Under the pieces are notes generated by a model, which was not told where the DNA came from, ran no database searches, and saw only the letters and a list, made by a program, of their open reading frames with translations. DNA of 64,000 nucleotides from Truepera sp. (GTDB lineage Bacteria; Deinococcota; Deinococci; Deinococcales; Trueperaceae), in the NCBI GenBank assembly GCA_965218435.1, contig CBDCKW010000009.1, positions 1,344,001 through 1,408,000 of the forward strand, written 5' to 3'. Positions 42,421 through 52,616 of the stretch are shown in pieces. Made by a program: the position numbers and the translations under genes. Each line of letters begins with the position of its first letter. Position 1 is the stretch's first letter.

Positions 42421-43464
42421 AATCATCTGCGAAATAAGTACACGATCAGAATAAAGTAGCTAGGCTTAGAGAAAGGGTTTAAGTCGGCTTACCAAGCCAG
42501 AGCATCTAACTTTCTGAAGTTATGAAGCCCCGCGATAGCTAAGAAAGTGTCATCATAAACAGCTTTTGGGCCTCGGTAGATACCCGCTAAGAGCTTAAAG
42601 CGTTTCAAGTGAGCCAGTGTGTGCTCGACAGGAAAACGCAGGCTGTTTTGAACTTTGTTGAGGCATTTCTGGATGAAGTCCAGGGGTTTGTTTCTTCTAG
42701 CTTTGCTGGGCTGATGGAAGGTTCTATGGGGAAAATCCTTATCAATACCGTCATATCCTTTGTCCACTCGGACCTCGGTAGCCGTAGGTAAAGCTCGTAA
42801 CACCCCGGTACCTCTAAGGACGTTGACGTCGCTGAATTTGCCTGGTAAAGAACGTGTCACATGAAGGATAAGCTTTGTGTTGGTGGCAGTGATTTGGGTC
42901 TTGAGCGTATGTCGCTTTTTCTTACCTGAATACTTGTCTCTGCGTTCTTGCTTGTCTTTGGGTTTCTGGATTTCTTGCTCGGTAGCATCAACCAAGACTT
43001 CCTTGAACTCAGGATGCTGCTCAAGCAGTTCTTCTAGGCTTGCGATACGCTTTCTTTTAGCTTGACCAAAAAGAACTGTCTCGTGCGCTGGTAAGGGGAG
43101 AACCTCAAGTAGTACAGGTCGAAGTTTGCTGATCAAACGGCTGACGTTACTATCATCCAAGTTGAATAAGTAGCCTAGTAGCAGCTGGGTCAGGTACAAA
43201 CGGTAATACAGCAGCACCCCTAAAACCTGATCCTCTACCCCTAGTTCTGCCTTGCGTCCCCCGCCTACTGCACGTTGACGTAATTTGCCCTGGGTGCCTT
43301 TTGGTTCGGCAAGGCGTACTTCGACCGCTTTACTAAGCAACTTGAACTGCTCGACGCTTAAACCTGTGAAGTTATACAGATGCTTGGGCTTTCTCTTTAA
43401 GCGGCTCGCTTTCATCCTGCTAGTTTAGTCCTTTGACTCCTTCGGCGCTATTTCGCAGATGATT
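42421..43464 (-). mobile_element. IS5-family insertion sequence, copy 1 (1044 bp)
   Basis: 16-bp perfect TIR AATCATCTGCGAAATA/TATTTCGCAGATGATT, TA target duplication, single transposase. Confidence 0.9.
42489..43415 (-). CDS. IS5-family DDE transposase
   Basis: N-terminal HTH, VDATE, YSGKKK.HT.K, DKGY and VEH motifs. Confidence 0.9.
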   Translation of the reverse strand: MKASRLKRKPKHLYNFTGLSVEQFKLLSKAVEVRLAEPKGTQGKLRQRAVGGGRKAELGVEDQVLGVLLYYRLYLTQLLLGYLFNLDDSNVSRLISKLRPVLLEVLPLPAHETVLFGQAKRKRIASLEELLEQHPEFKEVLVDATEQEIQKPKDKQERRDKYSGKKKRHTLKTQITATNTKLILHVTRSLPGKFSDVNVLRGTGVLRALPTATEVRVDKGYDGIDKDFPHRTFHQPSKARRNKPLDFIQKCLNKVQNSLRFPVEHTLAHLKRFKLLAGIYRGPKAVYDDTFLAIAGLHNFRKLDALAW

Positions 43465-43602
43465 TAGTACAAGTGTAACGGCTTCTTGTAAATTTGATCT
43501 GGCCTCTCCAAGCGTAGTGCCCTGTGTATTTGCTCCCGGTAACTCTTCGACGAAAGTGATGTAGCCTTCGTCAAGTTTTTGAAAAACAGCTGTAAGTTTC
43601 AT

Positions 43603-45288
43603 CTAATCTGTCACCGCTCCTTTAGACGCGCTCGAGACCAACTTGGCATATTTCGCCAATACGCCCGTCTGGTACTTGATGGGTGGGGCTTGCCATTCGG
43701 CGCTGCGCTTGACTAGCTCGTCAGCTTCGATGTTGAGCTGGAGCAGCTGTGCCTCGGCGTCAATTGTGACGCTATCGCCTTCATGAACGAGCGCAATCGG
43801 CCCGCCAACTTGCGCTTCGGGGGCGACGTGCCCGACGACGAGCCCATACGTCCCACCGGAAAAGCGTCCATCTGTAATCAGCGCAACCGAATCGCCCAAC
43901 CCTTTGCCGATAATCGCCGAGGTAGGGGAGAGCATTTCACGCATTCCCGGCCCACCTTTGGGGCCTTCGTAGCGGATGACGAGCACATCGCCCGCGCCGA
44001 TACGGTCGTTCATAATCGCGTCCATCGCGTCTTCTTCGGAGTCAAAGACGCGGGCGGGACCGGTAATTTTGGTACTCCGCAAGCCGCTGATTTTAGCGAC
44101 TGAGCCTTCGGGTGCGAGGTTGCCCTTCAAGATGGCGAGGTGGCCCCGCGGGTACATCGGCTGGTCAAAAGGCAGCACCACATCTTGGCCTTCAGGCAGC
44201 ATACCGGAGACGTCTCTAAGGTTTTCCGCCACAGTCTCACCTGTCACGGTCAGGCAGTCGCCGTGTAGTAACCCTTGGTCTAAAAGCATCTTCATAATGA
44301 GCGGAATCCCGCCGACTTCGTGCAGGTCGGTCGCTACGTAACGGCCCGAGGGTTTGAGGTCTACGAGGTGCGGCGTGCGTTCACGGATGCGTTCAAAGTC
44401 TTCTAAGGTCAGCTCAACCTCGGCTGCGTGTGCGATAGCGAGCAGGTGCAGCACGGCGTTCGTTGAACCACCAACCGCCATCACGGTGGTAATCCCGTTT
44501 TCAAACGCTTCTTTGGTCAAGATTTTACGGGGGGTGAGGTCTGATTCAATGAGTTTAAGTAACGCTTCACCGCTCTGCGCTGCACTCTCGAGTTTCTCGT
44601 CGTCTTCTGCCGCCATCGTAGACGAGTACGGCAAGCTCATCCCCATCGCCTCAAACGCGCTCGACATGGTGTTCGCGGTGTACATCCCGCCGCACGACCC
44701 TTTGCCGGGACAAGCGCGGCGTTCGACTTGCTGGTAGGTCTCGAGCGGAATCCGACCCGCGTTGTACTCCCCGACCGCCTCGAACATGCTGACAATGGTC
44801 AGGTCTTTGCCGTCATAGTGGCCCGGTTTGATGGTGCCGCCGTAAACGAACACCGCCGGAATATCGAGGCGCGCCATCGCAATCATCGCCCCCGGCATGT
44901 TCTTGTCACAGCCGCCGACCGCGAGCACGCCGTCCATACTCTGCCCACGGCAGACGGTCTCTACCGAATCGGCAATCACTTCGCGGCTGACAAGGCTGCA
45001 CTTCATCCCTTCAGTCCCCATTGAAATACCGTCTGATACGGTAATCGTCCCGAACGTTTGCGGCATTCCGCCGGCTCTGCGAATGGCGTCTACCGCTGCG
45101 TCGCTCAGTTCACCGAGACCCGAATTGCACGGGGTAATGGTTGAATGTCCGTTGGCCACGGCGATAATCGGCTTCTCAAAGTCTTCATCGGTAAAACCGA
45201 CCGCGCGCATCATGGCGCGGTTGGGGCCGCGCTCCACGCCTTCGGTGATGGTGCGGCTACGGCGGTTGAGTCTGGGTTTGGTCGTCAT
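43603..45288 (-). CDS. ilvD: Dihydroxy-acid dehydratase
   Basis: [34 protein letters not shown] and TDGRFSG motifs. Confidence 0.96.
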   Translation of the reverse strand: MTTKPRLNRRSRTITEGVERGPNRAMMRAVGFTDEDFEKPIIAVANGHSTITPCNSGLGELSDAAVDAIRRAGGMPQTFGTITVSDGISMGTEGMKCSLVSREVIADSVETVCRGQSMDGVLAVGGCDKNMPGAMIAMARLDIPAVFVYGGTIKPGHYDGKDLTIVSMFEAVGEYNAGRIPLETYQQVERRACPGKGSCGGMYTANTMSSAFEAMGMSLPYSSTMAAEDDEKLESAAQSGEALLKLIESDLTPRKILTKEAFENGITTVMAVGGSTNAVLHLLAIAHAAEVELTLEDFERIRERTPHLVDLKPSGRYVATDLHEVGGIPLIMKMLLDQGLLHGDCLTVTGETVAENLRDVSGMLPEGQDVVLPFDQPMYPRGHLAILKGNLAPEGSVAKISGLRSTKITGPARVFDSEEDAMDAIMNDRIGAGDVLVIRYEGPKGGPGMREMLSPTSAIIGKGLGDSVALITDGRFSGGTYGLVVGHVAPEAQVGGPIALVHEGDSVTIDAEAQLLQLNIEADELVKRSAEWQAPPIKYQTGVLAKYAKLVSSASKGAVTD

Positions 45289-45931
45289 CTGAGCCTCCAC
45301 GAGTAGCGCCACGGTTAAAAAGCATCACGGTTAGAAAGACTGCTGCGGCGCTACGAACGCACTATCTTACCGCAGCTCGTTCTTTAGGGGCATGGGCTGC
45401 TTGGCCTTATGCGGGTAGAGATACGGGTCTGGCACAGGGGCTGAACGAAAACGAACTCCTGATCCTGCTGGCACTCACCGTTGGCCCCGGTCTAACACAT
45501 AACGTTTGCCACGGATCGGAGACATCTTGGTAACTGCCAGCTGTGAAGTTATCTGCGGCGCAGACTCGTTTGTAGAGACTGAATACGCACAGGGTAGGTC
45601 TACTCGTAGCAAAGGTCATGGACGTACTGAAACCAGAGACACGTGGCTACTGACCTCAGCTTCTTAGCCAACGTTTTACCTGGCGCGAGCTTGCGGGTGT
45701 CGGGCGGGTCAGGGGTACACGAGTAAACGGAGAGACTACCGTGTATAACCGTTACTTGCCCGCTCGAGTGACGCTGAAACGCTTTCCTACGCCATGCGTT
45801 CACCATCTAGCTTTGAACCAACTTAAACAAGAAAAGCTCTGAAAGCGAGTATCAAAACTAAACGCAAGAGAGCGGGCCGGGATGACGGCTGTCTGCTTAG
45901 AGCGTTGTATGTGTAAGCCCTGGTCCGGGGC

Positions 45932-45961
45932 TTGGCATAAACGCGCGTGGTTTGATATACT
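45932..45961 (+). promoter_or_regulatory. tRNA promoter
   Basis: TTGGCA, 18 nt spacer, TATACT, ending 12 nt before the tRNA. Confidence 0.55.
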
Positions 45962-45973
45962 CCGTAGTCTTGT

Positions 45974-46049
<76 letters not shown>

Positions 46050-46071
46050 TAAGAAAGCCGTCAGAGACGTA

Positions 46072-46108
46072 AAAGAGAAGCCCCGCTAAGTGCGGGGCTC
46101 TTCTCTTG
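46072..46108 (+). terminator. Terminator after tRNA-Trp (possibly bidirectional)
   Basis: AAGAGAAGCCCCGC-taagt-GCGGGGCTCTTCTCTT. Confidence 0.7.
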
Positions 46109-46486
46109 TGTGCCGATTTACAGCTTAATTACAGCTACAAGATTTTTAGTTTGCCGTGCTAGGGTCGCCTTTAGGGAGAAAGTCCAAGAGCAAGACGGCG
46201 CTGTTTGCCCGCTGTTCGTCGAACAGATGTGTGTACGCGTCGAGGGTAAACGAGGCTCGAGCTGAGTCCCGAGTACACTACTTTAGCTGAAGCTGAGGAC
46301 GCCTTGACAGAAGCCCGCTGTGTGTTTGAACTCGCACGGCTTGAAGGGCAGGCGTAGCTGCCCTTCACTGTTTGTGTCCTTGTAACAACTTTTGCAAAAA
46401 TCTAGTGAGAGAAACTTGAGTTATCATGGTTTTGCAACCATAGTGCCGGGGCTAGAAGCTGCACACCTTACTTGACGGGAGACCTT

Positions 46487-47548
46487 ATGAAGCGTTCAGT
46501 ATTTATTGTCCTCACCCTGTTACTCGCCGCCTGTAGCGGTACTGGTACCATTGTTGACCCGGTACCAGTACCACCGCCCAGCATCGGCAGCTTTACCGCC
46601 TCACCGCCTACTATCGCAGCACCGGGCGACCCGGCTACCCTTAACTGGCAAATTACGGGCGGTTTCGACACGTTGCAACTTACCGACAGCACCTCAACCA
46701 ACGTCTTAAATGTCGTCGGTACGTCATTCACGGTCAATCCGCAAACGACCACAACCTACCGCCTCACGGTGACAAGTCCCAGCGGCAGCGCCTCGAGTGA
46801 AACGACCGTGGTGCTTCAGGGCACCGACCCGACACCCCAACCTACGCCCACGCCGCCGACGCCAGACCCTGGCCCCCCCAGCACACCTAAACCGGCAAAG
46901 CCGACGATCAATAGCTTTCGTGCAAGTCCGCTCACCATCCAGCCGGGTGATAGCGCCGCTCTCGAGTGGAACGTTTCAGGGGCAACAAGCCTCAAGATAG
47001 ATAAGGGCGTCGGTGCGGTCACGGGTACAAGTACAAACGTCAGCCCGAGCAAGACCACCACCTACACGCTTACAGCAACCAACGCTGGAGGAAGCGTGAG
47101 CGCCAAAGCCACCGTGACGGTTGCTGGTGCTCCTGAGGAGCCGCAGAGCTTTGTAGGTCGCTGGCTGGTGACGTTTACGGGTGGCAATGACGAAACACCA
47201 GAAGTTATTTATGTTTATGAGCTAGACATCATGACTGACGGCAGCGGTAAATATCTGTTTTGCCATACCGAGCTTCGCGGTAGGCTTTGCAGTGAAGTCA
47301 ACACAGCTGATGGGAACGGGTACATTACAGGAAACCCAAACACGCAAGATATCACCTTGGCTTTGGAAAACGACCCCGACGATTATGGCGGCACATACGT
47401 TCTTTTTGCAGGCGGCTTGACGCTCAGTATAGGGGAAAACGGTAGACAGTATTTAGATGGTAACGCTAGGCATATAGGCACACAGGACGTTCGATTTGAA
47501 GGCACAGTTCACGCCGAAAACGTCAGCTCGCCCCGTCAGCTCAACTAA
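46487..47548 (+). CDS. Lipoprotein with two Ig/PKD-like repeats, a Pro/Thr linker and an unknown C-terminal domain
   Basis: Lipobox LLAAC; repeats I.SF.ASP.TI..G..A.L.W...TTTY.LT. Confidence 0.8.
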   Translation: MKRSVFIVLTLLLAACSGTGTIVDPVPVPPPSIGSFTASPPTIAAPGDPATLNWQITGGFDTLQLTDSTSTNVLNVVGTSFTVNPQTTTTYRLTVTSPSGSASSETTVVLQGTDPTPQPTPTPPTPDPGPPSTPKPAKPTINSFRASPLTIQPGDSAALEWNVSGATSLKIDKGVGAVTGTSTNVSPSKTTTYTLTATNAGGSVSAKATVTVAGAPEEPQSFVGRWLVTFTGGNDETPEVIYVYELDIMTDGSGKYLFCHTELRGRLCSEVNTADGNGYITGNPNTQDITLALENDPDDYGGTYVLFAGGLTLSIGENGRQYLDGNARHIGTQDVRFEGTVHAENVSSPRQLN

Positions 47549-47784
47549 TGCCCGACGACCCCGGTCCCAGGGTTCTCTTTTGTCATGTCCCCAGGGGCTA
47601 TGAGTATGGGGATATGACGTTTTAATGACCACAAGGTATACCCTCACCTGAAGCTGCTCACTGTAGCGTCATGAGATAAGACAGCCCCGCACATAGCCGC
47701 GATGAGAGTGCAGGGCTGACCCGGTAAGGGACGTTTAGCGTAGCAGATGAATGTCAGCGTAAGTATGGGGTATTTCGCCTAGCT

Positions 47785-48740
47785 TAGAAGCTGGAAAAAC
47801 TAAACGACATCGGTTCGGACATCGTTACCGGCTTAACGTTCTCCCAATACTAAGCAGCTAAGGCTACGGCTAACACCATGTCGTCATGCGGGTTCTCACG
47901 CCACGGCCCGACGTCGTTTCCGTAGGAGTCGTGACCTTTTAAGCTAATTGAGACTTTGAACGCCAGCTCACTTGTCAGGGTTGACGCTTCGGATGAGCCC
48001 TTAGCGATCTCGAGCCGCTCACTCTGTAACGAGACTTGTACGGTGCAAGGTCTTGCTTGGGGACGCGGTAGTCGCTCCCGTCGCTGCTCACCGTGTCACC
48101 TCCGGTCATCGTTACAGACACCGGCCTAAGCTCCGCACTTCTCAGCGTGTCCATGACCGGACAGCCCGTTCCGGTTGCGTCGGCCGCAAGGCGCGGACGC
48201 GTTCCAGTTATCTTATATAGCTCGTCCGATAACTGCTCGAGCTGAGCCGGGTCGGGCGTGCCGAGAGGGAGACGCCCGCGGCGGCGTGCGGCGTAGGGGT
48301 GTTTATAGACCGGGTATCTCTTATGAGCGCCCCCGGCGATAAGCCGCCCATTTCTGTAAACCGTTGAGTTCGGTTTGCCTCTCATAGCTTTGCCCGTGTT
48401 ATACGAGGTGCGCTCGAGTATCGTTAGCGCGGTGTAATCAGCACTTTGCCTTGAATCAACGTTCAGGATAAACCCCTTTACAGCGCCTCCAAAAAGTAGG
48501 TGCACATCATCCGAGAGTGCCCCTATCACGTCGTCATAACTAAATACTGAGGCGGTACTTTCGTTGAACTGACACAGATATTCCTGTTCAAATCACCACG
48601 AGTTCATACTCGAGCGTTCCTCTGCTGGAAACGCCTGTGAGATGTGCGGTACGTCGGTAGCAGAACCTCTACCTTCTGCCGGGTTGTCCCGGTGTCCCAT
48701 TTATTCCAGAGATAGCTTCTTTTGCCAAAAGTATTTCTTA
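47785..48740 (-). pseudogene. Degenerate phage terminase large subunit (ATPase C-terminal end + RNaseH-like nuclease)
   Basis: FGKRSYLW, W*FEQEYLCQF, DYTAL, DATG.G.PV, VPK.DL and HDDMVLAVALA, with stops and frameshifts. Confidence 0.7.
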
Positions 48741-48924
48741 AAGCTTACGGCGTCACTGAGTTAGATAGGGCCATGCTAGACGTTTACCGAATGTCGGAGT
48801 TTTTTCGCTGAGTGCATACGCTACATAGTCTCTCAACTCGAGATATTGACGGCATGTGGCTAAATACTGACTTACAAACGGTAGGGCGACGACGTTGGGA
48901 TTTGGAACAGCTTAAACTAAAGGT

Positions 48925-49143
48925 ATGAATGTGATTTCTGTCCTTATCGGGATCGTCGCCCTGATCATCGCGCTCGTCGGGTTTATTCCCCTTTTAGGTA
49001 TCATCAACTGGATTGCGATTCCTATCGCCGTTGTCGGGCTGATCGTCGGGATGTTTGACGCACGCACGACCGGGCGTAACATCAACGCGGTGGTGCTCGT
49101 GTTTGCCGTCATCCGTTTGTTTTTAGGCGGCGGTCTGCTCTAA
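48925..49143 (+). CDS. Small membrane protein
   Basis: 72 hydrophobic residues; TAAACT 6 nt before the ATG. Confidence 0.75.
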   Translation: MNVISVLIGIVALIIALVGFIPLLGIINWIAIPIAVVGLIVGMFDARTTGRNINAVVLVFAVIRLFLGGGLL

Positions 49144-49153
49144 TACTGATCTC

Positions 49154-49711
49154 ATGCCTGCGACCTTACTCTTTTACCGTTCAGCGGACTCTGCAACGCA
49201 CCACGAATATTTCGGCGCGGTGACGAGCGGCCCGCCTTACGCGCAGCACTATCAGGTCAAAAGGCGAGAGGGCGGCGCACCCGATTGGCAGCGGTGGTCG
49301 GTGCAGGCTTTGACCCGTGATCAGTTTGACGCACTCGAGACCACCCAACCCCCTTACGAACCCCTATCCTATCGAGCAAACTGCGTTTTTGCAGCTCCTG
49401 AAAACCTTCGTACTGCCGCCGCTCTAGCTCGCCTCGCTCAGCTCCCGCGCCCGGACGCTCGCGTCTTCCACGGCCTGCATCGTCGCGTAGCGGAGACCGT
49501 GTTTCTCGAGCGCCTTGACCCCGGTAATCGCGGTACCGCCTGCACTTGCCACCTCATCTTTGAGGCTGCCGGGGGTACGGGTCTCGAGCAGCACCGCGCT
49601 CGCCGCCAAAACCTGTTGGGCGAGCCTTTGCGCCACCTCTCGGCTCAGTCCGACCCGGACCCCGCCGTCGGCCAACGCTTCGGCAAAAAGGGCGGCAAAC
49701 GCAGGGCCTGA
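49154..49711 (+). CDS. Hypothetical protein; 3' half overlaps proC antisense
   Basis: ATG 10 nt after the upstream stop; only the first ~90 codons are non-overlapping. Confidence 0.4.
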   Translation: MPATLLFYRSADSATHHEYFGAVTSGPPYAQHYQVKRREGGAPDWQRWSVQALTRDQFDALETTQPPYEPLSYRANCVFAAPENLRTAAALARLAQLPRPDARVFHGLHRRVAETVFLERLDPGNRGTACTCHLIFEAAGGTGLEQHRARRQNLLGEPLRHLSAQSDPDPAVGQRFGKKGGKRRA

Positions 49712-50206
49712 CCCGGCGAGTCCGGTAAACGCGTCGAAGAGCCTTTCGGGGACCTCGTACACGGTACCGACAGCGGCGAAGAGCTGATGGGCGGTATGAA
49801 GGTCTTCCGGCGTCGCTTGAGGCAGTGCGGCAACCGCCGTTGCTGAGAGGCCGACCCGTGCGCCCAAGTTGGGCATCGCCCGGACGACCCGGCTGCTCCC
49901 GACCCGCCGCGCGATGACCTCCGCCGACACGCCCGCCATCAGCGACACGTAAGCGGCTGAACGCCGCGCAATCAGGGGCGCAACCTCGGCAAATGATTGG
50001 GGTTTGACGGCGATCAAGATGCGCTCGGCCCCGTGAACCCCATCGTCGGATAAGGGCGCGACGCCGAACATGTCAGCAAGCGCATTTCGCCGCGCTTCGT
50101 CCGGATGATAGATGCCGACTTCGGACGCTTCTAACACACCTGCTCGCAGCGCCCCGGTTAGGACCGCGCCGCCCATCTTGCCCGCGCCGACCAACGCGAG
50201 CTTCAC
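49424..50206 (-). CDS. proC: Pyrroline-5-carboxylate reductase
   Basis: GAGKMG, AVKPQ, RAMPN, GSGPA and S.GGT motifs. Confidence 0.93.
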   Translation of the reverse strand: MKLALVGAGKMGGAVLTGALRAGVLEASEVGIYHPDEARRNALADMFGVAPLSDDGVHGAERILIAVKPQSFAEVAPLIARRSAAYVSLMAGVSAEVIARRVGSSRVVRAMPNLGARVGLSATAVAALPQATPEDLHTAHQLFAAVGTVYEVPERLFDAFTGLAGSGPAFAALFAEALADGGVRVGLSREVAQRLAQQVLAASAVLLETRTPGSLKDEVASAGGTAITGVKALEKHGLRYATMQAVEDASVRARELSEAS

Positions 50207-50274
50207 CGGGTAGCCTGAATGACGTAGAGAACGGTCAGTTGAAAAGGTACTCGCATCCCCCTAGTCTAGCCTGC

Positions 50275-50679
50275 TTACGCTTTACGGCGTTGCCACAGAC
50301 GGATAAGCAGGTAAACGACTAGGGCAGCGGCGCTCGCCCCGAGCGTGTCGGCCACCCAGTCCCACGCATCTGAATCGCGCCCCGGTACATACGACTGATG
50401 AAGCTCGTCCGAGACGCCGTACGCCGACGCGAGCAGCACCGCCAGCCAAACGCGGCCTGTCGCCAGATAAAGAAGCCCTGCCAGCACGCCGAAGTTGCCT
50501 GCGTGATAGAACTTGTCCCACGGCGGCGAGAGGTCTAAAAAGCCGCCGACCCCCTGCGCGTCGGGTGACGACGAGAGCCAAAAGGTCAACCCGGCCCAGA
50601 GCACGGTGGCGATGCCGAATACTATTCTGTAGGACGGTTTAAGCGTGCGGATACTCGACCAACTCCACAAGCACCCCAC
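50275..50679 (-). CDS. VanZ family membrane protein
   Basis: DKFYH and SDELHQSYVPGR..D..DWVAD motifs; start uncertain. Confidence 0.85.
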   Translation of the reverse strand: MGCLWSWSSIRTLKPSYRIVFGIATVLWAGLTFWLSSSPDAQGVGGFLDLSPPWDKFYHAGNFGVLAGLLYLATGRVWLAVLLASAYGVSDELHQSYVPGRDSDAWDWVADTLGASAAALVVYLLIRLWQRRKA

Positions 50680-51049
50680 CGGTCCAGTTGGGGTGTAAAA
50701 AGATAACGCGGGTACCGTGCCGTCCGGGGCGAGGTGTCCCGATTAGCTCGGCACCTCGAGCGGTCAAACGCTCAATATCTGCATCCAAATCAAGCGTGCG
50801 AAACGCGGCGTGGTGCAGTCCGGGGCCGCGCTTTTCTAAAAACCCTTGTAGTGGACTCTCAGAAGTGAGGGGCCCGAGTAGCTCTACCAAACTTTCCCCC
50901 CCGCGCAACATTCTTACCCGGACGCCTTCACCTGCAACCTCTTCGTCGTCGCCGTCTCTGACAAGTCCCAAAAGCTCATAGGTCTGTGAAGCGGCTTCCA
51001 AATCACGCACGGCAATCCCGAGATGGTCTAGAGGTAAACCGACCGACAT
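50639..51049 (-). CDS. mce: Methylmalonyl-CoA epimerase (VOC family)
   Basis: DHLGIAV, ELL.P, FLEKRGPGLHH.AF, FLHP and GVLVELVE motifs. Confidence 0.85.
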   Translation of the reverse strand: MSVGLPLDHLGIAVRDLEAASQTYELLGLVRDGDDEEVAGEGVRVRMLRGGESLVELLGPLTSESPLQGFLEKRGPGLHHAAFRTLDLDADIERLTARGAELIGTPRPGRHGTRVIFLHPNWTGGVLVELVEYPHA

Positions 51050-51057
51050 AACGTAAT

Positions 51058-51390
51058 TTAGCCTCTAACGTGGCTCGGTTTCGGAGCCATCATGACGAGC
51101 AAGACGACCTGTGTTCCCGAATCGTTACGGACGCCGTGCGGCACCCCGGCACGGGCAATCACGGCGCTGCCCTCCGCGAGCAACTCGCGTTCACCGTCAA
51201 TCTCGAACAGTGCTTCGCCTTCTAACACGACATAGACCTTATCTTCAGCTACGTGCGTATGAACGCGCTGCGCTTGCCCCGGCCCCAAGCAGTACTGGTC
51301 ACAGAGCAGCCGCTCGGACGCAAAAACCGGAACCTTTTGCATTTTTCCCGCCGCAAACGACCGTTGGCCGAAGAGGTCAATGTATTCCAT
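51058..51390 (-). CDS. Cupin domain protein
   Basis: HTH...DKVYVVLEG...PHGVRN. Confidence 0.85.
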   Translation of the reverse strand: MEYIDLFGQRSFAAGKMQKVPVFASERLLCDQYCLGPGQAQRVHTHVAEDKVYVVLEGEALFEIDGERELLAEGSAVIARAGVPHGVRNDSGTQVVLLVMMAPKPSHVRG

Positions 51391-51434
51391 AGCGCCAGCA
51401 TACTCTTTTGGGTCATCCGCACTTTAAGGTAGGG

Positions 51435-52424
51435 TTAGCTCACCGCGCAAATTTTTTGCAGCTCGAGCCGCACTACCTCCGGCGCAAGTCCCAAACCGAG
51501 CAAGTAGGTGAGTTTAGTTAGCGCCGTTTCGGGCGTGAGGTCGTAACCGCTCGAGACGCCCGCCGCTGCCAGCCCTTGCCCGGTCGCGTAGCTCGCCATC
51601 ACTACACCGCCCTGCCAGCACTGCGTACAGTTGACGATCACGACGCCCCGCGCCGTAGCTTCGCCTAAAACAGCTAAAAAGTCCGGGTCTTGCGGGGCGT
51701 TGCCGCTGCCGTAAGTTTCTAGCACCAAGCCCTGCAACGGTTCCCGGAGCACGTTGCGTAAGATGTTCGCGCTCATTCCGGGAAACAACCTGAGCGACCC
51801 GACGTTGACAGGTGTCAGCGGCGTGAGCGGCGCGGTCGCCGGGGGTAAGCGGTGGGTGGGCTCGAGCACCACCTCCACGCCAACTCGTCCGAGCGGCGGC
51901 GCGTTCGGCGATTCAAAGGCTCCAAAGCCCGACGCCGACACCTTACGGGCACGGTTCTCCCGTAAAAGCACGCCGCTAAAATACAAACACACCTCGTCGA
52001 GTGGCGCGGTTGCCGCTAAGAGCAGCGCCGTAATGAGATTTTCACGGCCGTCGCTCCGCAGCTCTGAAAGCGGAATCTGTGAACCGGTCAGGACGACGGG
52101 TTTGGCGAGGTTTTCTAACATAAACGACAGTGCCGACGCGCTGTACGCCATCGTATCGGTGCCGTGGAGCACGACAAAACCGTCAAAGGCGTCGTAATTC
52201 TGGGCGATGTCCCCGGCAATCACGCCCCAGTCGCGCGGCGACATTTCGGCGGAGTCCAGGAGCGGCGCGTATTCGTGCAGCGTTATTTGGGGCAGTTCAG
52301 CGGCGTCAAAGGGCGATGCCCGGAGTTGTTCCGCCAAAAAACCGGGCGCAGGCCGGTAACCTCCGGCTGTTCGTTCCATCCCGGTAGTGCCGCCCGTACA
52401 GGCGATGTAAACGGAACGTGTCAC
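51435..52424 (-). CDS. ansA: Type I L-asparaginase with a C-terminal frameshift
   Basis: TGGT, LDS, HGTDT, LTGSQIP and YG.GN motifs; the conserved LRGEL tail is in another frame. Confidence 0.85.
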   Translation of the reverse strand: MTRSVYIACTGGTTGMERTAGGYRPAPGFLAEQLRASPFDAAELPQITLHEYAPLLDSAEMSPRDWGVIAGDIAQNYDAFDGFVVLHGTDTMAYSASALSFMLENLAKPVVLTGSQIPLSELRSDGRENLITALLLAATAPLDEVCLYFSGVLLRENRARKVSASGFGAFESPNAPPLGRVGVEVVLEPTHRLPPATAPLTPLTPVNVGSLRLFPGMSANILRNVLREPLQGLVLETYGSGNAPQDPDFLAVLGEATARGVVIVNCTQCWQGGVVMASYATGQGLAAAGVSSGYDLTPETALTKLTYLLGLGLAPEVVRLELQKICAVS

Positions 52425-52616
52425 GTGGGTCAGACGTACGCCCACACGCAATGTGCCTGAGCTTTCGCTGTTTAGCTAAGCTGGGTTGATTGCTCTTATC
52501 GCCACCTGTTGAGTGTCTGAGAGACGCTTTTCTTCGTCAAACCGGTAGCTACCAACTTCTGACACCTGACGCTTGAATGCTTACTTCTGGATTCCTGCTT
52601 CTTACGCCTTGCCGAA

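Larger units (their letters stand above)
42371..43602 (-). pseudogene. hicB: HicB-family antitoxin interrupted by an IS
   Basis: MKLTAVF..EGY..FVEELPGANTQG.TL.EAR.NL.EA; the frame continues (MEANRTFAKETLSDA*) beyond the IS. Confidence 0.8.

Noticed and set aside
43420..43602. Intact 60-aa protein as given in the ORF track
   Set aside because: The last 14 residues are read from the IS end; it is an interrupted hicB
45289..45400. Ile/Leu/Val leader-peptide attenuator before ilvD
   Set aside because: An inverted repeat (GTAGCGCC/GGCGCTAC) exists, but there is no ILV-rich uORF and no U-tract terminator
45407..45806. Two short minus-strand ORFs between ilvD and tRNA-Trp
   Set aside because: No recognisable motif or RBS; possibly decayed gene debris
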